A stretch of 64,000 nt of DNA from Eledone cirrhosa (lineage: Eukaryota), in NCBI GenBank assembly GCA_964016885.1, contig OZ024747.1:86118001-86182000 (forward strand). Direction: 5' to 3'. A program made the translations under genes and the position numbers. This document shows positions 13,306 to 28,142 of the stretch, in pieces. Below the pieces are notes generated by a model. That model did no database searches, had not been told where the DNA came from, and worked only from the letters and a program-made list of their open reading frames with translations. Numbering within the stretch: the stretch's first letter is position 1; each line of letters begins with the position of its first letter.

Positions 13306-13761
13306 ACACAATATATATATACATACATATATTCATCATAGTTTGTATAGCTTGTAAATGACGTGGGTATGATAACATTATTAAGATGTTCAACACCCAT
13401 TTTGATACAATTGTATAAAATCTATTGAACCTATATATCGTAACTGGGGTTATGAACTAATTTCTAAAGTTTACTTTGTTCGGTCTTGCTTTGATAGCTA
13501 TGTGCTCATCACTGGGTGGGAAACAATATGTATTTAAATAAATAAACACAATTTCGCCACCTATTCATATATATTAGGTTTCTCTTCTATTTTTTCTATT
13601 TCACACACACACACTCTCTCTCTCTCTCTCTCTCTGACTATCTCTGTCTTTCCCACTCTCTATCTCTCTATCTATCTCTCACGTTATATATGATATAGTT
13701 GACTTAATATAGGCCTTACTTACAATTCTTAAACACCTATAAACTGTGTGTTTACTCAAGT

Positions 13762-13796
13762 TTCTTCTTCTTCTTCTTCTTCTTCTTCTTCTTCTT

Positions 13797-13828
<32 letters not shown>

Positions 13829-14088
13829 CATTATTCCTGAGAGGGTCGTGGAGACAGAGTCCTCAAACACTCCTTCCAGCGAGTCCTGTCAGAAGCCACT
13901 GACTCCAACTGATCTGGCAGGATCCTCAAGCGAGATCAGTCAAGCTCTTGCTCGGGGCCTACCTCTGGGTCTCCTACCGGTTGCTTTTGCCCATAAAATC
14001 TTTCCATCGATTCTTTCCTGGGACATTCTAACCACATGTCCATAGTGTAGGAGCTGTAATCTCTCAATTTGGAGAAGAAGCGGCTCTA
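13762..14088 (-). mobile_element. RTE-clade LINE 3' fragment with (GAA)n tail
   Basis: Minus strand encodes EPLLLQIERLQLLHYGHVVRMSQERIDGKILWAKATGRRPRGRPR, an RTE C-terminal signature; related to 17221-17880. Confidence 0.8.
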
Positions 14089-14183
14089 TCTGAAGTGATG
14101 CGCACTTGATAGGTGTTGATCCGAGTAAGCTTCAACTATTATTTTACTAAATCTATCTATCAACATCACTAATTCAATATATA

Positions 14184-14270
<87 letters not shown>

Positions 14271-14912
14271 AAAAGTACGTCCATAGAATTATTTGATAAA
14301 ATATATACAATATTTCCTCTCCCAATCAGCATAATCAACCACACAAAATCAATTAAACAAGGCTATAAGATTAAAAGACACCTATGAAGAAACAATAGAT
14401 AAATAAACGATAGCTATCTATCCGCGATCAACAGCCACAGAATATTACCCAGTAATTCTAATAGCCCGTGGAAATCGATTAGATATATCGCCAACCATAC
14501 ACGATTAGGTTCAAAATCAAAGTTAGAAGAAAAAATGTATTAAGCATACCAACATTATGTCTCTACCCCATGAGATATCATTCGCTTTTTGGAAATATCC
14601 GATCAAGGATAAATTTACGAGTTTCGAAATCATTAGGAAATAAACTCAATTGGACAAAGATTTTTCTTAAATGATCCCCGCCAGAAACGAATTCAAAATG
14701 GCTTAGAATTGTGACGTGGCTATTGGTCAAGTCAGAAAGTTTGTGTTTGGTGCCTTACGACGAGTAGGCTGGTTGCTAGAAAACGCAGCCGAATACTGCC
14801 TAAATTGTTTCTCAACCATATGGGAGATTATAAAATATATAGATTTACATATACATAAACTAGACAGAGCTATAGATATAGATATATATGTGTTTTTGGC
14901 AACCATTCACGG

Positions 14913-14959
<47 letters not shown>

Positions 14960-15132
14960 CGAGAGATAAACACAATGATGATAATAATAGCGTTATAAAG
15001 CCAGGTAAAGTATCCTTATGGACAAATAAGTGGATAGCAACCACTTCTGAAAATCAAACTCCGCATCTCTTGAATTCCGGCTACCTCTATACCAAATGGC
15101 AGCTAACAACATTTTCTATCCGAATTAGGAAC

Positions 15133-15405
15133 TATCTATCTATCTATCTATGGCGGGTAAAATTCCCGAGATCCATGGACGAGTTCTTTCCAGCGATCTC
15201 TGTCCCTCACCATCGCTGCCATGTCCTGCGTCTCCAAGAGACCGGTGTCTATCCTTAGGGCATCAACATATATCAACCTCGGTCTCCCTCTTCTAGTGTG
15301 TCCGTGCAAGGGCTCCCACAGGAGCACTGAGTGCAATGTCAACTCTGGATGTCGGTGAGCATGTCCAGCTAGCCTCAGTCTCCTCTGTGCTACTTTCGAG
15401 CTTAG
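15133..15405 (-). mobile_element. RTE/RTEX-like LINE 3' fragment with (ATAG)n tail
   Basis: RRLRLAGHAHRH...LLWEP...RRGRP...YVD.L..DTG...M.DRDRW followed by stop and microsatellite tail. Confidence 0.8.
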
Positions 15406-15767
15406 GAACTCTGTATGATGCATTCAGCGACTAGACCCGGAAGTAAACAACTCTTATGATTTATCAAAGCGCGAGGATGATTTGAAATTTGAAAATATTG
15501 ACATCCAAACACAGAGTCGCTACAACGCTAATGATACTTTAGCCCCAGATTAGACCTGATTTAATAAACAGGCTTATGATGAAAAGTGTTGCAGTTATTT
15601 CTACCCTACATTATATTTCGGATATAGCCTATCTAAGACGTGGTTTCTTATTTTTCCTATGGTAATATTGGATTTGGGGTAAAACTGGCTACTATTTCTT
15701 AAAAGTTCCATCGCGGTGGTTGATATTGACGGTATATTGTAAGCAATTACCACGTCTGTTTGTGTGC

Positions 15768-15806
<39 letters not shown>

Positions 15807-15807
15807 A

Positions 15808-15847
<40 letters not shown>

Positions 15848-16672
15848 TTGTCTATCTATCTATCTCTCATTCGTTAGCGGCAGGCTTAGGAAATTTCGCA
15901 CATTGATAGTGAGCTTCTTTCAACAGTTAGAAAGTATTTTGACTGTGGTGATGTTTGTTGTAAATTTGTATCTGGGATACACCATATGTCTACTGTCTGT
16001 GTGTACGTCTGTGTTTGTATGTGTACTTTATTTTGCTCTAAATATTTACCTATAAATCTAAATACTAATTCTGTAAACTTCAAAACAAATTGTTTCCTAG
16101 GTCAAATAATTATTTACATTTTCATTCCCAGTTGACTAACTCTAAACCTTAGAGATCAATGCTGCTGTTACTGATGGTATGGCCACTGCTGCTACTGCTG
16201 CTGGTGCTGCTTCTACTACTGCTGCTGTTTCTGCTACTGCCGCTGCTGGTGTTTTTGTAGACTAAAGGACGTCGTTTTGCAACGGTTGACACATCCATGA
16301 CTCCACGTTGTCTCTCACTACCTGACGACTCAGATTTTCCCCAGGAGGTCTTCTGCACTCGACTATAAAAATATAGGACAATATTCTAAAAACTATTAGA
16401 ACTATCTGGGCCGAAGAAGGAGAGGATTCAAAAGAGGATATATAAATAGGCACCTTCTGTTATGAGGAACCGCAATGAACCAATGGTTGAACTATTTCAA
16501 TTCTGTTTCAACATAAATACTTCTCACAGTGGTTACAAGTGTTTTGTATGGTAAATATATCAGACATTAGAAAATAACATTAACATTCCTTACGATAATA
16601 TACACACAGCATCGGCTGCTCTTGCGTGTATGTAGATATGTATACATACACACATACAGAGATATATATGCG

Positions 16673-16807
<135 letters not shown>

Positions 16808-17220
16808 AAGTTGAAACGAAATAACTCAAAAAGATCAGTAGCACAAATTTGAACAATTAGGTTAAAGGCGTGTGTACTGAATGGCGAAAAAAGATAGGGA
16901 ATAGCGTGGATGTCAATACAGATCCCTGTTTAACCCATTTGTTACAACAAATATTTCTGGTGTGTCTCGACTGTTGATCCTTCCGATCATTCCATTGTTC
17001 AGGTTCTACAACATCGATTTGAGTTTCTCAGAACAATGTTAGGCTCTTAATATTCACAATAAGCCATACTTACCCACGGTCTCCTGTTTTCGTTGTGTCA
17101 GTAAATCTTAGAGATTTATGGTAATGTTTCTATGCTTTACTCGGTTTGGACGAAACCCGGAGCTTTAATCCTGTTTCATGACCGATTAGTGACTGATAGT
17201 AATTATAAAATCCCTTCTTA

Positions 17221-17880
17221 TTTCTTCTTCTTCGCCAACTTATTCCTGAGAGAGTCGTGGGTCCTCAAATTCACCTTCTAGCAGGTCCTGCTAGACGCAA
17301 CCGTCTCCAATTGATTCGGCTAGATCCCCAAACGAAACCAGACGAGCTCATGAATGTTATCAAACCATCTTGCTTGGCGTCTTCTGCCGACTGGTTTTGC
17401 CCGTAAGATCTATCCAGCGATTCTTTCCTGAGACATTCTAACTACATATATATAATATCGCAGCTGTGATCTCTCAGTTTGGAGAAGCAGCGGCTCTGCC
17501 TGGAACAACTCCCTGATTTCCGAGCTATTCACTCTATCGAGCAAAGTTCCTCCCAAGACCCTTTGAAGGAACCCCATTTCAGTTGCTTGTATTCACAATC
17601 GTATTCTTTCAGCCATTACCCAAGATTCATGACGATAGGTAAAAGTTGACATGAATATCGAATTGAATATAGTGAGTTTGACTTTTACGCCTACCTCCCT
17701 CCTTCTGAAAACGGAATGCTGAAGCTGGCGTATTACTACACCACTTCCGACAATACTTGTACTTAATCCAGCCTTCTGCCTTCCATCTCTCATGAACACG
17801 GCCCCGAGATACTTGAAATTCTCCACCTGCTTCCGTGGAACTCCATTTACATGTAGAGTGCATTACGCAGGCTTCTTTGA
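17221..17880 (-). mobile_element. Degenerate RTE-clade LINE fragment (RT thumb to 3' end)
   Basis: VENFKYLG...KLTIFNSIFMSTFTYRHESW; 3' part aligns with 13829-14088; short (GAA)n tail. Confidence 0.8.
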
Positions 17881-18129
17881 GACGACGAGTGTATCAGACT
17901 TCACAACAATGATTTTCATTCCTGCTTAAATCTGAAAACATTACTATTAATGTTCTCATTATCATTATTACTTTTACTGTTATTAATAACTTCAGTATTT
18001 TTATGTTTAATCATTTTACTATTAACATCATTTTCCATATAGGGCAGCTGGAAATTATTCGGTGCCTTCACACACAACCGTAATGTCTTCCTGTTTTCTA
18101 AAGGCAATACTTGGTCGTAACTTTTTTTA

Positions 18130-18198
<69 letters not shown>

Positions 18199-18200
<2 letters not shown>

Positions 18201-18599
18201 TGTCTACGATTTCACAGAACTTATGTTCACCGAATTCAGGGACTAGACACCTTCTTCCTCCCGTTTGACCTGTGCGGAATTCCTTCCTTGCTCACATTTC
18301 GACTAGGTTTGATGGTCTTTATTCTCTCTCGTTAACGATTTCATCGAACTTATATTCATGGAAATCTGGGACTTGACTCTTTCTTCCTCACTTTTCGTTG
18401 CATTACCATCTTTGTTTGTTTACAGTCTCGCTCGTTCCCCTTATTTACGTGTCCCAACGACTTTCTTTAGCCGTTGCTCGCACCAACCGGAGGTATATGG
18501 TCTTTAAAGCGATGAAATACCAATGAAGGTTGGAAGATCACTGATGAAGGACTAACATTATTCATATGTAACCCATTTGCAACCACGCAGCACGTTTGT

Positions 18600-18600
<1 letters not shown>
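18199..18600 (+). mobile_element. Family F element (second subfamily) with permuted hammerhead motif at 18451-18552
   Basis: Homologous to 3853-4198 and reverse complement of 58671-59060; (TA)n on both sides. Confidence 0.75.
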
Positions 18601-18664
<64 letters not shown>

Positions 18665-18841
18665 AACCGCATTTGGACATGCGGTTGATAAATAATTGTC
18701 TCTTTTGTATTGTTTAATGATTCGGAGGAATAAAATGGTACTTCTTTCTGTATTTGAAAGACACATTCGCAAATCTATTAAATAATGTAATTGAACCCTT
18801 AATAAGATCATTAATTCTGTTATTTATTCATTATATATATA

Positions 18842-19288
<447 letters not shown>

Positions 19289-19347
19289 TATATGTGTGTA
19301 TGTATGTATGTATGTATGTATGTATGTATGTATGTATGTATGTATGT

Positions 19348-19937
19348 AGTGGGGTTGCAAGTTTAGTCGCCAACGACCTGTCTCATGGTCGGGTCGTTGG
19401 CGACTAAACTGGCAACCCCACCAAGGTTTCTTGGTGAGGAGGGCGACTTTGGACATCCTGCAGGACTAAAAACAAAACCTGTCAAAGGGCAAAGAAGCTC
19501 TTAAGAGTCAATGGCCATCCAAAATCACCGGGAGAGATGACCCCTTAGCCTTTGTCAAGGCAGAATTCTAGGAGAAGGAAAACTCTGATATAACACCTGC
19601 AACCCTGATGGTATCCAATGATGTTGACTTGTTCTTCTTTTTGGTAAATATCATCTTGGTTAAGAGAGTGGGACTGGCTTTGTGCAGTGCCTTTGCTCAC
19701 TATAAAAGCTTCACGGCACAGGCATTGCTTTATATCTGGAGATCTTTGCATTTGACGTCACATGGTACCATGGACCCAGCACTATGTGTCAATAATTGTC
19801 ACAAGTGTAGTATTTGTACCAGAGTTTTCAAGTGGCTGGCTGGACTAAAAAGTCACACTCGTTCAGCGCATCGGTAGGAGTTCTCCTACATGGATATAAA
19901 GTAGTGTCCGTACTCGAAAACGAGTTGGCAGCCTCCA
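19348..19937 (+). mobile_element. Family C copy, 5'-truncated with short 5' inversion
   Basis: 19348-19379 is the reverse complement of about 19392-19422; remainder aligns with 60376-60939. Confidence 0.75.
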
Positions 19938-19965
19938 TGTATGTATGAATGTATATATGTATAGA

Positions 19966-20004
<39 letters not shown>

Positions 20005-20051
20005 GTATCTATACATATATACATTCATACATACATACATGGTGGCTATAT

Positions 20052-20249
20052 ATAGGAAAAAGTATGACCCTGACGGCAGAGCTCAAGCCGTTTCGACGGC
20101 TATTTCTGGGTCCAGAAATAGCATAGCCGTCGAAACGGCTTGAGCTCTGCCTCGGGATCATACTTTTTCCTATTACCAACTCTACTACCCTAAGTTTTGA
20201 GTACTCTGGTGCGTTATGGTACATCTGGTTGCTTACCACAACTCCTTCG

Positions 20250-20305
<56 letters not shown>

Positions 20306-20516
20306 CGAAGGAAATGTGGTAAGGAACCAGGTGGACCATAACGCACCAAAGTACTCAATACTTAGGGTGGTAGAGTGGGTAATAGGAACGAGTAGGACCC
20401 CGACGGCTGAGCTCAAGCCGTTTCGACGGCTAATTCTGGACTAAATTGGACTACATTTTTAGTCCAGAATTAGCCGTCTAAACGGCTTGAGCTCAGCTGT
20501 CGGGGTCCTACTCGTT

Positions 20517-20520
<4 letters not shown>
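20052..20520. mobile_element. Two family E fold-back elements (two subfamilies) tail-to-tail across a (TA)n tract
   Basis: 20052-20252 and 20303-20520 each consist of an about 60-70 bp inverted arm pair plus an about 80 bp unpaired tail ending ccttcgtta. Confidence 0.75.
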
Positions 20521-20565
<45 letters not shown>

Positions 20566-21397
20566 TACACATATGAGTATATGAAGTGAATAGGCTGGTA
20601 CTTCTAACCCACTGCCGCCATTTTTCTTCTCAGAAAACATAGTTGATATGCTACCTGCAAGTATTGAATGCTCATTCAGTTAAGTTTTGAATGTCTTTAG
20701 GACTATGGTATAAGAATAAAAGAATACATATATTCCTACGATTAAAATAAAAAACATTTCGTCACAGAGAAAGGGTCAAAGAGGGGAAGTGGAGAGATAT
20801 ACTGATCATATGTCGACTGGAAAACCGGAATCATAATAATGCAGTTAAAATCTAACGTATACGAGATAACGGTAGAATACGTTAACAAAGTTGCTCAGAT
20901 TTGTGACTGTAATTGCAAATATGGTATTTAAAAGCACTTTTCAGAAGTAGAGTGCTGTACAGCTAATGGAAATAATATTGTGCATACGTACACACATGTG
21001 CACAGATATATATGCTCACATATATGTAGGGTTGCACATATTACATATGTATGTATGTATGCATGAATGCATGTATGTATGTATGTATGTATATATGTAT
21101 GTATGAATGTATGTATATATGTATGCATGTATGTATGTATGTATATATGTATGCATGTATGTATGTATGAATGAATGTATGTATGTATGTATATATGTAT
21201 GCATGTATGTATGTATGTATGAATGAATGTATGTATGTATGAATGTATGTATGTATGAATGAATATGCAGCCATACAAAGGTTAAAATAAAGATTTGTTT
21301 TAAGTGTTGTATGTGAATGTGTGCATGTGTCTGTTTGTATTTGTGTGAACGTGTGTTTGTGTGTGTATGTATGCATGTGTGTGTGTGAATGTATGCA

Positions 21398-21435
<38 letters not shown>

Positions 21436-21488
21436 CGAGAGAGCGAGAGTGAGAGAGCGAGAGAGCGAGAGTGAGAGAGCGAGAGAGC

Positions 21489-21553
<65 letters not shown>

Positions 21554-21856
21554 TGTATAGGTGGTGATAGTAGCTTTGGTTAGATTATGAAACAAACAGC
21601 TCTGTGTACGATGAATGAAGATAGAAAGCGTTACAGGGTGTCAGATGAAGAGTTGGGAGGTAAGTGAAACCTGTTGAGTGAAGGAGGCGGGGGAGGGAGA
21701 GTGTGGGGGAGTCCCCAAATGAGTGAAGGGAGAAAGAGCAGACCAGAGTGAAGAGAGGGAGGAGGAATAATTGAGGAATGGCCGATCTAAAGGAACTATT
21801 TCAACGATGGAATTTTTATTACGCCATTTCACAGGATTTTGTGTAAACACACAAAA

Positions 21857-23439
<1,583 letters not shown>

Positions 23440-23442
<3 letters not shown>

Positions 23443-23754
23443 TATATTCGTATACAGATATTTTTGCACACACATATAAACAAAAGTATTGATTTTCTTC
23501 GAACGGGAAAAAAACCCTGGTAATGTACGACGAATTTTTGTTAAAAGCACAAAATGTAGACACCAACCCGAGGCCGAGGTATTCCGTACTTCTTTGTACT
23601 GTTATTTATATATTCGTGTACAGATATTTTTGCATACACAATAACAAAATATAAACAAACGTATTTACTTCACGAGGCTCGAGAAAGATAAATATATATC
23701 AACTATATAAGAACCCTAGAGCAAATCCCGAGCAACGCCGGGTCATTCTGCTAG
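23440..23754 (+). mobile_element. Helitron 3' portion
   Basis: cccgagcaacgccggg hairpin then tcattctg-CTAG-T at 23751-23755; internal direct repeat tatatattcgtatacagatattttgca. Confidence 0.65.
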
Positions 23755-24139
23755 TACTAACTAATCATGCGTCTGTTAATGCTTACATGATAACTATATT
23801 TATGTTGTTAGAAATCATCTGCCTTGGCAAATGTTTACATGATAACTATGTTATTAACCATATGGCTGAATTAATGACATAATTGTTTAGATACTTTAGT
23901 AGTTCTATATACAACAGAGAAACATTGACTTTTCTGGAAATATTTTAAACAATAATCTTCCAGATAAAATGATAGTTAAAAAGGTTAGTGTTTCAGCATC
24001 CGGATTTCATTGTCGTTAAATACATATTGATTGATAAAAGAAGCTGCATGGTAAACACTAGGTTTGAGGGTAAGAATTTTCCTTCCGGTCAAGCCCTCGT
24101 CAACTTTCTCAAAAACCAATTGAAGAGGAAGGTGAAGGT

Positions 24140-24360
24140 AGAGAAGAGGGTGTAGCCTGAGATCAGGAGGTCAATGGTCTCAACATGATCATCACAGAAT
24201 CGACACTTTTGGTCAATTCCATTTTTGAACACGTTAACTTGAAAGTTGCGTTTTGGGAGACCCTGGTCTTGTGCATCCAAAATGAAGCTCTTACTCTCTG
24301 CCTTTAGCCTAGAACTCCACAGCCACTGATGGGTAAGAGCTTGATCTACATCAGGTTCTG
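24140..24360 (-). mobile_element. R4/Dong-like non-LTR retrotransposon fragment (zinc-knuckle region)
   Basis: HQWLWSSRLKAE..FILDAQDQGL...CRFCDDHVETIDLLISG, degenerate CCHC region typical of R4-clade elements. Confidence 0.7.
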
Positions 24361-24517
24361 CGGAGAAAATACTGCCAATGCCTAAATCAGAAACAATTAT
24401 TATTTACTCTGATCAGGTTGGTGAATTTGTGGAGAAGAAGGGGTGCCCTTCCCGGGTGCTCTCGAAGCGTCGGGTAATTCAGGATTGGTGGAGTACCTGA
24501 GTCAACCCTGGGTGGTT

Positions 24518-24880
24518 ATCCCCCTATTGGGGAATTTTTATTGTTTTATTTTTCTTGTTAGTTTATTATTTATATTTTTACACGGTTTATATGTAAACGG
24601 CCACTGTCCCTGTCTAGTGTACCGTCCCCTATATGTCGGCCCTTGTGGCCAATAAATGAAACCATTCTTCTTCTTCTTATTATTATTATCATTCCCCCCT
24701 ATTGGGGAATTTTTCATTGTTTCAATTTTCATTTTATTGTTTATATATATATGTTTTATGTCTTTTTTCTTTTCTTATATAAATAATAAAAATCTTTACA
24801 CGCACAAAACCCACATCGTACCGTCCTGTTCCGTCTGTGATGTTTTTCTTGATGTCAGCCCTTGTGGCCAATAAAGAAAT
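24518..24880 (+). mobile_element. Two tandem Tx1-type 3' UTR fragments
   Basis: cccctattggggaatt ... ccttgtggccaataaa, same terminal motif as the Tx1 element end at 53590-53615 and 56430-57045; third fragment at about 25215-25345. Confidence 0.6.
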
Positions 24881-24888
24881 CATTATTA

Positions 24889-24919
<31 letters not shown>

Positions 24920-24921
<2 letters not shown>

Positions 24922-25207
24922 TTTGAGTCTCAGTCATTGATGTTATTTAACTGGAAAGTTTGTTGAAATGAATATCAAGCCGCTACCTGCTGCCTCAGAT
25001 ATTCAAGACGTATCGAAGGGTTCTTGCTGTTCCCAGCAAGCATGCTTTTTGAAGTGTTCCAAAAAGCGGGGCTGGACTAATTTTCTTTAACCATCCTTGG
25101 AAACTCTTTGAGATAGTACCTAGTGCGCCTATGACAATCGGGAGGACTCTGACTTCATGGCAGTTCCAAATCCTTTTTACCTCCCACTTTAAGTCCTGGT
25201 ATCGGTT
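24920..25207 (-). mobile_element. Dong/R4-like LINE 3' fragment in (TAA)n
   Basis: RYQDLKWEVKRIWN...VLPIVIGALGTI and, after a frameshift, LLGTARTLRYVLNI-stop; (TAA)n on both sides, the known Dong target. Confidence 0.75.
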
Positions 25208-25360
25208 ATTATTATTATTGTTATTTTTTATTACATCCTCTGTTTTCTTTTACACGCAGAAATGCCCATTTGTACCGTCCTGTATTGTCCTGCACTGTCC
25301 TTAATGTCTACTTTATGTAAACCCTTGTGGTTAATAAAGAAAGCATTATTATTATTATTA

Positions 25361-25391
<31 letters not shown>

Positions 25392-25962
25392 AAATTATAC
25401 ATTTTATTTTGTTTCTGTATATTCTGTGATTTATTTATCCTATCTAGATCTTTATCTGGAGATATTCCTATTGCACAGATTTTTTTCAAAAACGTAGCCT
25501 CTTTTTTAATTTCTTTGATTTGAAAGATGCTTGTGTAAATAGAGACGGTTGCTAAATTACACCAGATAACGTTGTTGTTGTTGTTGGTGGTGGTGGTGGT
25601 GGCGATGTTGCTGTTAGTGTAGGTTGTGACGGTGTTGTTGTTGTTGTAGGTGGCCGTGCCGATGTCGTTGTTGTTGTTGCTGTTGTTGTTGCTGTTGTTG
25701 TTGCTGTTGTTGTTGTTGGTGGTGGTGGTGGTGGTGGGGGTGCTGGTGGTGGTGGTGGCAGTGTCGTCGTCGTCGTCATCATTGTGGTGTTGCTTGTGTT
25801 GGTGGCGTTATTTGAAGTGGTGATGGTGGTAGTGGTGGTAGTGGTATTGAGGTGAAGTGGAGCAAGATAAGGTGAAGAAAAGGCAAGCAATTAGGGCAGT
25901 GATGTAAAAAGATATGAAGAGAGAGAGTTAGGTATACACACATACTCATATATATATATATA

Positions 25963-26048
<86 letters not shown>

Positions 26049-26299
26049 ATAGATACATAAAGACACAAAGAGGAGCAAGGAGATATTACTGGTAGTGTTT
26101 TGTATAGATTGGTGCGGAACATAGAGGGGGTAACGAGTTTCGTAAAAACTCCATGTTGAAGTAGGTTACATGACACTTTGGTAATTGTTTCAAGTTGAAG
26201 TAGGTCACGTGATTTAATGAATACGTTGATAGATGGACAGATAGAAATGGTTCGCATCATTGGATGTATATGTATGTATATACGTATATATGTATGTAT

Positions 26300-26889
26300 G
26301 TCAGGTCACCAGTTGGTGCTACTGGTAACATGTATGCCAGTACAACCTGTCTCATGGGCGGGTCGTTGGCGACTAAACTGGCAACCCCACCAAGGTTTCT
26401 TGGTGAGGAGGGTGACTTTGGACATCCTACAGGACTAAAAACAAAACCCGTTAAAGGGCAAAGGAACTCTTAAGAGTCAATGGCCATCCAAATCACTGGG
26501 AGAGATGACCCCTTAGCCTTTGTCAAGGCAGAATTCTAGGAGAAGGAAAACTCTGATGTAACACCTGCAACTCTGATGGTATCCAATGATGTTGACTTGT
26601 TCTTCTTTTTGGTAAATATCATCTTGGTTAAGAGAGTGGGACTGGCTTTGTGCAGTGCCTTTGCTCACTATAAAAGCTTCACGGCACAGGCATTGCTTTA
26701 TATCTGGAGATCTCTCTGCACTTGTCGTCACATGGAACCATGGGCCAGCACTATGTGTCAATAATTGTCACAAGTGTAGTGTTTGTACCAGAGTTTTCAA
26801 GTCGCTGGCTGGACTAAAATGTCACTCGTTCAGCGCATCGGTAGGAGTTCTCCTGTGGCCGTACTCGAAAACGAGTTGGCAGCCACCAT
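26300..26889 (+). mobile_element. Family C RTE-derived non-autonomous element
   Basis: gtcaggtcaccagttgg ... gagttggcagccacc(atgt)n; small internal deletion near 3' end. Confidence 0.78.
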
Positions 26890-26934
26890 GTATGTATGTA
26901 TGTATGTATGTATGTATATACGTATATATGTATG

Positions 26935-27260
26935 TTATCTCTTTCTCTAATTTCGAGTATATTTTTTTTGACCGGCCACCTTCCTGGTGGCAAGGTTGTA
27001 AAAGAAAAGAAATTGTCATCCCTTGAATCGCAAGAATGTTTTGCAAATTTTGAAGGTGCCAGCTATCGCAGCCATTTGTAGACTATGAATTAGGTAGCTG
27101 CGCTTTTTGTCCGCAAATCCAAGTTCAGTCATACTTTGGTCCAAACCCGTAGCTCCAATAATGATGGGTATGAAGTTAAAGGTGTATCTTGGATACTGGA
27201 TTTGTAAACTCCTCATCAATGGTCCGTAGATGTCCTCCTTCTCCTGTATTTTTCTGACAA
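26935..27260 (-). mobile_element. R4-like (restriction-like endonuclease) LINE 3' fragment
   Basis: KEDIYGPLMRSLQ...FIPIIIGATG...LQMAAIAGTFKICKTFL; nearly identical to 35125-35509; 3' end in (TACA)n. Confidence 0.75.
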
Positions 27261-27417
27261 TACTAATATTTAAGTACGCTTTCGTCAGATAAAATATAAT
27301 AATTGGTGTTAAGAATGTCATAAGTTCAGTGAGGATAAATATTGTTGAGTGGTTCTAAACTGGTGTAAAATTAACTTTGTTGAATAATCAACAAACCAAA
27401 TAACTCATTGTTTTATA

Positions 27418-27452
<35 letters not shown>

Positions 27453-27456
<4 letters not shown>

Positions 27457-27681
27457 TAAACGGAATAGAAAATGCTGACAAATTGTTCACAGTTGAAAAA
27501 TGGTTTAATTAGGAATAAAAGAGTATTAGTGATTGTGTGGGTTAGTATTCAGTTGTAAAAACTTAAAAACTTAAAACCACAACTGAATACTAACCCATAC
27601 AATCACTAATACTCTTTTATTCCTAATTAAACCATTTTCAACTGTGAACAATTTGTCAGCATTTTCTATTCCGTTTACCAA
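27453..27681. repeat. Fold-back, family H, about 100 bp near-perfect arms
   Basis: ttggtaaacggaatagaaaatgctgac ... gtcagcattttctattccgtttaccaa; homologous to 5247-5830. Confidence 0.85.
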
Positions 27682-27717
27682 TATATAATAACTTGTGTGT
27701 TACACCTCTATTCTTTC

Positions 27718-27812
<95 letters not shown>

Positions 27813-27832
27813 TATATATATATATATACATA

Positions 27833-27938
<106 letters not shown>

Positions 27939-27973
27939 ATATTTTATATATATATATATATATTATATATATA

Positions 27974-28014
<41 letters not shown>

Positions 28015-28046
28015 TATATATATATATATTATATATATATATATTT

Positions 28047-28093
<47 letters not shown>

Positions 28094-28142
28094 ATATATA
28101 TATATATATTATATATATATATATATATATTATATTTGTGTA

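Noticed and set aside
14270-14720. A-rich stretch suspected to be a decayed PLE coding region
   Set aside because: No recognisable protein motif found by eye
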